Part shown: positions 58,164-64,000 of the stretch, piece after piece
Layout of the letters: every line of letters begins with the position of its first letter
Position numbering within the stretch: position 1 is the first letter of the stretch
Source: a virus
Direction: 5' to 3' (one strand)
Virus record (IMG/VR): IMGVR_UViG_3300025288_000013
Span: 46,223-110,222 of that record
Length of the DNA: 64,000 nt
Notes under the pieces: model-generated
What the model saw: only the letters and a program-made list of their open reading frames with translations
Told to the model about the DNA's origin: nothing
Databases searched by the model: none
Position numbers and translations under genes: made by a program

Positions 58164-58192
58164 TGTAACAAAAATATGTGTTCTTTGTTTTT
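58164..58192 (+). promoter_or_regulatory. Class II promoter TGTAAC-N17-GTTTTT
   Basis: Back-to-back with the previous copy; heads the recombination operon. Confidence 0.75.
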
Positions 58193-58213
58193 ATTGAAAC
58201 CAATTCATTAGAC

Positions 58214-58858
58214 ATGTACGATATAAAAACATTAACAGAAGAAGAAATAAAAGAAGTCATATTATTAAAAAAATGTGATGATATGGTGGAAAGGTTTTTG
58301 TTGGTTTTACCGTATGTCATGAAAGATGGTTCAAAGTATAGTTTGGACAAAAACATACTAACCATAACAAAACTTGGTGAAACCATAACATTAAGAGTAT
58401 CATTTGGTAAAAAATATGTATTGTTAACAAACGGTACAAGAAAAATACAAATAGTTTATGGTAGCAAAACCAATACAGAAAGTAGTCTTGCTGATAGAAT
58501 CATAAAATTAATAGAACCCATAATAAAAAAGAAGCAGGAAGATTGGTTAACATTCTCAAGTAAAGTAAAATGTGATCATGTTGCCGATACCATATCTGAT
58601 AAATTAAAATCACCTGTATCAAAATCAAAAGTTAAAGGTGTTGACAAATATTATTATAGAATAAAAACCAAAGAATTTGAATCCTTGCACATATCAAGTA
58701 ATGCAAAATCTATAACAAATGTTAGATTTAATGACAAATTAACATCATTCAAAGATATGACATCTAAGAACATTTTTGAAAAATATGAAGTTGCAAAGGA
58801 TGAACTTGATAATAGATTCAATAAAATGCATGATATACTTAAAAAATTGGAAAAATGA
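58214..58858 (+). CDS. Hypothetical protein (paralog family C domain)
   Basis: SFG..Y..KIQIVYGSKTNT. Confidence 0.75.
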   Translation: MYDIKTLTEEEIKEVILLKKCDDMVERFLLVLPYVMKDGSKYSLDKNILTITKLGETITLRVSFGKKYVLLTNGTRKIQIVYGSKTNTESSLADRIIKLIEPIIKKKQEDWLTFSSKVKCDHVADTISDKLKSPVSKSKVKGVDKYYYRIKTKEFESLHISSNAKSITNVRFNDKLTSFKDMTSKNIFEKYEVAKDELDNRFNKMHDILKKLEK

Positions 58859-59865
58859 AAGAGAAAATAATTATTGTTGGTGATATCCATTTAGGAAAAG
58901 AATCAAATGGCGACATATCGTTATTTGAAACATTTGTGGAAAAAATTTTGTTGCCTGAATGTGATAAAGATACAGTGGTTATATTCACTGGCGATCAATT
59001 TGAGGGTAGTTATATAAATATAATACTTTTAAACAAAGTTATAAATGTTTTTAACAAGATCAATGAATCCGTTAAATTTTGTCATTTTCTTGTTGGTAAT
59101 CATGATTCATATAAACTTGATAATGTTGGTGAAAACATGTCATCAATTTTCAATTTGTGGGACAACTTTCAGGTGTGGTACGATGATAAAGTTATTATAA
59201 ATGATAAGTCATTCCATTTCCTTTCCTTTTCTCTTGATATAACAAAAATCAGAAAATCAATAGAAGATTCTGATTCAAATTATTTAATTATACACGAAGA
59301 GATATCAGAGTTTTTCTATGATAAATTTAGACCAATAAACGGTGGTATTGGTTTGTCGGAGTTAGAAAAATTTGAATTGGTATTTGATGGTCATATACAC
59401 AGAAAACAAACAAAAGGTAATTGTTGGATAGTTGGCACACCATATCAAATGAAGTATTCTGATTCTGGTAATCTATGCGGTATGCATATACTTGATACAG
59501 AAACAAATGGGGTGAGATTTGTCGAAAACACACATTATCCAAAATATCACAAATTAACTTATAAAGAAATAACAGATGAAAATTTTGATACAAATCTTAT
59601 AAGTGGTAACAAAGTATGGGTTACAGATATAGAGGACGAAGAAATTGTGAAAAAACTTACTATGTCTGTTGTTGAACTTAGAACAAACATAAAAGGAACG
59701 GACACAATTGTTACAGAAAATTTTACCTATGATCACGAAGAGGATATAATAAGAAATACGGGTGATTATTTGAAAGAACTTAAAGAAGTACCAATATCAA
59801 ACAAGGTTTTGGGAATGAACCCAACTCTTAAGAAAGACATACTTGATAACATAAACAAACTATAA
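58855..59865 (+). CDS. Recombination endonuclease subunit (gp47/SbcD/Mre11)
   Basis: GDIHLG, GD.F, VGNHD, GHIH, GTPYQ. Confidence 0.92.
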   Translation: MKEKIIIVGDIHLGKESNGDISLFETFVEKILLPECDKDTVVIFTGDQFEGSYINIILLNKVINVFNKINESVKFCHFLVGNHDSYKLDNVGENMSSIFNLWDNFQVWYDDKVIINDKSFHFLSFSLDITKIRKSIEDSDSNYLIIHEEISEFFYDKFRPINGGIGLSELEKFELVFDGHIHRKQTKGNCWIVGTPYQMKYSDSGNLCGMHILDTETNGVRFVENTHYPKYHKLTYKEITDENFDTNLISGNKVWVTDIEDEEIVKKLTMSVVELRTNIKGTDTIVTENFTYDHEEDIIRNTGDYLKELKEVPISNKVLGMNPTLKKDILDNINKL

Positions 59866-59866
59866 C

Positions 59867-62305
59867 ATGAAATTAAACAGTCTAAAAATAAAAAACATAC
59901 TAAGCTTTGGTGGGGACAAGGAAATTTGTGTTGATTTTTCCAAAATTGGTATGGGTTTGATAATAGGTGACAACGGCTTTGGCAAGAGTAACTTCACACG
60001 AATAATAAAAATGGTGTTATACTTTGATTATCCAAGCAAGATAGAAAAAGTTGTTAATGATAGAAAAGTTAGTGGTGAAATAACTTGTGAGGTTGAATCA
60101 AAAGGAAACATTTATAGATTGGAGTATGTGTTAACAAATAAAAAGATAAAGTCTGTTTTGGTTTATAAAAACAATAAAACAACTCCAGAGGACACAGGTA
60201 CGTTGGCTTCAACAAAAGATTTTATATTGAATGAAATTGTTGATATTCCAAAAGATGTGTTTTATAATGTTTTTACACCAAGCATAGACACATTCAAATC
60301 ATTTATTGGTATGTCTGTTGATGATAGCAGAAAAATCCGTGATGAACTATTCTCTTTGTCTGATATAAATAAGTATAACGAATTGACCAAGACAAAACTT
60401 AACAAACTTATATCAGATGAAACATTGATTAAGAATAACATTGATATTAACAAAGAATCGATTGATGAATTAAAAGAATCGATTGAAAAAACAAAGAAAG
60501 AAATTGATAAGGACAGGGAGGATAAATTGAAACTTGTAAATAAAGAGATAGAATCTTTAGAAAAACAATTGGTTGATAATGATAGATTAAAAGAATCATA
60601 TAAAAAATTGATTGATGCTGTAAATGAAAATATTGACTATAACACAAAGTTATCAAATAGAGAGAAGTTGTCTTTGTTAAAAAAAGAAAAAGAACAATTG
60701 ATAAAGATAGTAGATTCATTGAAGCTTGATAAAACAAATAAAACAGCTGATCTAAAATCTGTTGAAAATTATGAATTCAAATTAATTTTTGAAGAATCAG
60801 AGGCAAGACTTGTTGTGATTAATAAAAAGATAAATTTGTTGAAAGAGGACATCCTGGAAATGGAGCAAAAAAATGAAAAGTACAAAAAATGGGAAAAAAT
60901 CAATGAATTTATAGATTTAGATAATAAAAAGAAAGAAATTGAAAAAGAAATTGAAAACTTTAAAAGGGTTGGAGAAAATATAAATAAAAAACTTAATGGA
61001 AAGGATGTGGTTTATCAAGAAACCAAAAGTGAATTATTACAACTCAAGAAAGAAATTGAAATAATGTTACTTGGTGAAAAATGTCCGACTTGTGAAAGTG
61101 AATTATCATTTTCACAAGAGCAAATATCCACCAAAAAAGACATATACAACATAAAGGTTTCAGAATTTAACAAATTCAAGGAAGAATTTAAAAAACTTGT
61201 TGCAGATAATGTAACTAATGCAGAAGCTTTAAATAATAATGATAAAAAGTTGTCAAATCTATTAAAGGATATAGAATTGCTCGGCGAAATTTCAACTGAA
61301 CCAATATCAGGTGTTATAACTAAGGAAGAGCATATGTCCAATTTAAAACTGATAGTCAACAATAAAACTGATATAGAATCATTGTTTAGGGAAAAAACCG
61401 CCAAAGAAGTTTGGGTTGATAAATACAAAGAATTCAAGAATTCTGTAAAACCTGAATTTCAAAGATACCAAATTGAAGCAAAAATAACTGAAATCGATAA
61501 ATCCGTAGAAGAAAATGTTGGTAAAGTTGGTTCTATAAATAATGATATAAAAAAATATGAAGATTCGCTTGAGGGTTTTATTGAAAAATTTAATATACCA
61601 AATAAAAATGATTGCTTGAAAAAATTGGACATATTGCTCAAAAAAATGGGCGAAATCAATAAAGAAATTGATGAATTGTACGATACAAAAAACAACAAAC
61701 TTGGAATCAAAGAAAATTTGGAATCAAAGAAGACAGATAATGTTCTTAAAACTATGGAGGAACACCTTAATAAATCAACCAATAAAATCAATGAAGAAGA
61801 AGAAAAATTGATACCGTTGAAAAAACAGATAGAAATTCATGAAGCTATGAAATTTATATTTTCTGAAAGTGGTATGAAACGATGGTTGCTAAACAAAATA
61901 AGAGTTGGATTTTCATCGAACATAAATAGGGATTTAGACGTTTTTGGTCTATCAGTTTCTTTTGACGAAAATTTTGTTATATCAATTTTTAAAAATAAGA
62001 GAGATTTGGATCAAAAACTTATGAGTGTTGGTCAAAGGAAGATAATAGACACAATAATTTGCTTGAACTTTATTGAACTTTATATAAATAAAATAAAAGA
62101 TATGAATTTTTGCATTCTTGATGAATGTTTGTCTAATTTATCAAAAAGAAATTCAGAATTATTGGTTGAAATTATAAAAAACAAATTGATACCGAAAAAC
62201 TTTAATGTTATGTTAACCAATCACGCACCAATATCAAATCAAATGTTTGATTTTAACATAATGCTTGAGAACAAATTTGAATACACAGAAGTAAAATATG
62301 TGTAA
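59867..62305 (+). CDS. Recombination ATPase (gp46/SbcC/Rad50)
   Basis: GDNGFGKS, coiled coil with CPTC hook, MSVGQ, ILDE, H-loop. Confidence 0.93.
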   Translation: MKLNSLKIKNILSFGGDKEICVDFSKIGMGLIIGDNGFGKSNFTRIIKMVLYFDYPSKIEKVVNDRKVSGEITCEVESKGNIYRLEYVLTNKKIKSVLVYKNNKTTPEDTGTLASTKDFILNEIVDIPKDVFYNVFTPSIDTFKSFIGMSVDDSRKIRDELFSLSDINKYNELTKTKLNKLISDETLIKNNIDINKESIDELKESIEKTKKEIDKDREDKLKLVNKEIESLEKQLVDNDRLKESYKKLIDAVNENIDYNTKLSNREKLSLLKKEKEQLIKIVDSLKLDKTNKTADLKSVENYEFKLIFEESEARLVVINKKINLLKEDILEMEQKNEKYKKWEKINEFIDLDNKKKEIEKEIENFKRVGENINKKLNGKDVVYQETKSELLQLKKEIEIMLLGEKCPTCESELSFSQEQISTKKDIYNIKVSEFNKFKEEFKKLVADNVTNAEALNNNDKKLSNLLKDIELLGEISTEPISGVITKEEHMSNLKLIVNNKTDIESLFREKTAKEVWVDKYKEFKNSVKPEFQRYQIEAKITEIDKSVEENVGKVGSINNDIKKYEDSLEGFIEKFNIPNKNDCLKKLDILLKKMGEINKEIDELYDTKNNKLGIKENLESKKTDNVLKTMEEHLNKSTNKINEEEEKLIPLKKQIEIHEAMKFIFSESGMKRWLLNKIRVGFSSNINRDLDVFGLSVSFDENFVISIFKNKRDLDQKLMSVGQRKIIDTIICLNFIELYINKIKDMNFCILDECLSNLSKRNSELLVEIIKNKLIPKNFNVMLTNHAPISNQMFDFNIMLENKFEYTEVKYV

Positions 62306-62329
62306 CATTGATTAAAATGGAAAGTTTAT
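62301..62329 (+). promoter_or_regulatory. Class II promoter TGTAAC-N17-GTTTAT
   Basis: Conserved spacing at a gene boundary. Confidence 0.7.
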
Positions 62330-62334
62330 ATAAT

Positions 62335-62535
62335 ATGTCTGATAACATAGAACAAGAAGAAGATTTGTTTATAAACGACAAACGATGGAAGACTAAGTTG
62401 AGAATATTTGCTATTTTAAGTAAACCCAAGAAATTGGTCATAAAACCTATGAGTATAGATTTGGAAGAAGAAAATACAAAATTAATAAAACAAAGCATAC
62501 ATTTCAAAAAACCTAACAAGGATCAACTGTTTTAA
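62335..62535 (+). CDS. Hypothetical protein
   Basis: 66 aa, coupled to the helicase gene. Confidence 0.55.
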   Translation: MSDNIEQEEDLFINDKRWKTKLRIFAILSKPKKLVIKPMSIDLEEENTKLIKQSIHFKKPNKDQLF

Positions 62536-64000
62536 TGAATATACAAGTTAACCCAAGCAACCATAAAGAATTAATGATTGATTTCAAGAACAGGGATGAA
62601 ATGGATGTGGTTGATATATATATGAAACCAAAAACAAGATCCCACAAATTCCAAAAGGTTAAAGGTAATTGGAATGGTCAAGTTAGTTTTCTAAGAAACT
62701 ATAGATTTGTCCCAATACAATTTTTCCATATTTTATATAAACTGTGCAAAGAAAACAGATTTGAATACGATTTTAAAGATGTTAAGGAATCAACCACCAT
62801 AAAAGTTGATTTAGAAAAATTAAAATCCATATATGAAAGGGCTATACTTGGCGATGAAGATTTAATATATGACAAAGATCAATTTGAAACTATTTATGTT
62901 TTTTTAAAAAACAGATACAATAGGCAAAACATATCAACGTCATATGGTAAAACATTGGTTCTGTTTGTCGTTTCTGTATATTTGTCTTCTGTCAACAATG
63001 AAAATGTTCTAATAGTTGTACCAAAACCATCACTTTCTCAACAGATGTATTCTGACTTTATGTCATTTTCAAAACATGTTATTGAATCCAAGAAAATATT
63101 TAGCTTGGTATCTTCTGGTAATAGCAATATGGAAGATCATGAAGATTATAAAATCATTATAGCAAATTTTTTAATTATAGCAAATAAAGAAAAGGAAAAT
63201 TTTGAAAGGTTTAATGCACTTATGTTTGATGAAGTTCATAGAGCAACCTCCAAAAGTTATAAAAGAATAAATGTTATGTGTAAGAATGTTACATCTACAC
63301 GTGGAATAACTGGAACTATGCATCACGATTTTTCTGCAGAAACATATACAATGATATTAAATTCTGGATTTTCATCAAAAACAGTTAAAAAACGTGAGTT
63401 GATAGATTCTGGAAGAGCATCAGACGGAAAGATTATTGTTAAGTATATAAATAGTTTAAATGAACATGATGCCTATACATTACACAAATATATGCTTGAT
63501 GAAGAAGAACATATCAAGCATCTTGATTTAGAAAGAAAACTTATAAGAGCGTCATATCCAAGATTAAAATGGGTGGTTTCTGATATAATTTCTGAATATA
63601 AAAAAAGAGGCAACACCGTTGTTTTTTTTAAGGATGTGATGCATGGTTACGGCAAAAAGATACATGAACTTTTATCTGAACAAAGAGATATATCTGTGTT
63701 TTATATAGATCAACATGTCAAGGAATCAATTAGACAAACAATGTATGAACACATAAGAAACAATCACAACTGTATATTAGTAGTTTCTCACGATATAGCT
63801 TCCACAGGTATAAGCATAAATACGTTAAGATGTGGTTATCTCGCAGAACCAATAAAATCAAAGATAACGACAGGACAAATACTTGGAAGATTCATGAGAT
63901 TAAGTGATGGAAAAGATATGTTCTACATGATTGATATTGTAGACAGCATACAATCGTCCGTAAGAAAGAAGCCAAATTATTATGAAAAATGGTATACATA
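62535..64000 (+). CDS. uvsW: UvsW-like SF2 helicase, 3'-truncated by the window
   Basis: WNG, STSYGKT, LIVVP..SL..QM..DF, FDEVH, GITGT, STGISI, Q.LGR.MR. Confidence 0.9.
   Translation, partial: MNIQVNPSNHKELMIDFKNRDEMDVVDIYMKPKTRSHKFQKVKGNWNGQVSFLRNYRFVPIQFFHILYKLCKENRFEYDFKDVKESTTIKVDLEKLKSIYERAILGDEDLIYDKDQFETIYVFLKNRYNRQNISTSYGKTLVLFVVSVYLSSVNNENVLIVVPKPSLSQQMYSDFMSFSKHVIESKKIFSLVSSGNSNMEDHEDYKIIIANFLIIANKEKENFERFNALMFDEVHRATSKSYKRINVMCKNVTSTRGITGTMHHDFSAETYTMILNSGFSSKTVKKRELIDSGRASDGKIIVKYINSLNEHDAYTLHKYMLDEEEHIKHLDLERKLIRASYPRLKWVVSDIISEYKKRGNTVVFFKDVMHGYGKKIHELLSEQRDISVFYIDQHVKESIRQTMYEHIRNNHNCILVVSHDIASTGISINTLRCGYLAEPIKSKITTGQILGRFMRLSDGKDMFYMIDIVDSIQSSVRKKPNYYEKWYT

Noticed and set aside
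1-64000. Stop-codon reassignment
   Set aside because: Long conserved genes are intact in code 11, and TAG and TGA end genes normally.

Overview
A 64-kb, very AT-rich segment of a large T4-like myophage (standard genetic code), probably infecting a Bacteroidota host (A-rich leaders without Shine-Dalgarno sites, DUF5675-type endolysin, PID-CTERM-like peptide). It contains: the 3' part of the large terminase; an ECF-like sigma factor; a gp4-like head-completion nuclease; virion, tail and lysis genes (about 6-32 kb); a long minus-strand accessory region of small genes (32-58 kb: denV-like glycosylase, NAD ligase, HNH-AP2 endonuclease, Toprim, ParB-like, C5 methyltransferase); and a gp47/gp46/UvsW recombination block. 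The main signal is regulatory, with two strictly spaced promoter classes. (i) Nine copies of a sigma54/RpoN -24/-12 consensus (TTGGCACGATTTTTGCW; one variant), one directly upstream of the phage sigma gene. (ii) Thirteen copies of an ECF-type motif TGTAAC-N17-GTTTWT. Together they suggest a sigma54 -> phage ECF sigma -> late cascade. Also notable: a tRNA-shaped RNA without a normal anticodon loop, a Nudix-containing putative capsid-internal polyprotein with repeated LTE sites, small proteins with EF-Tu-, SecA- and uS3-like motifs, and a promoter-containing non-coding region. All family calls are from motif recognition by eye; no database search was run.
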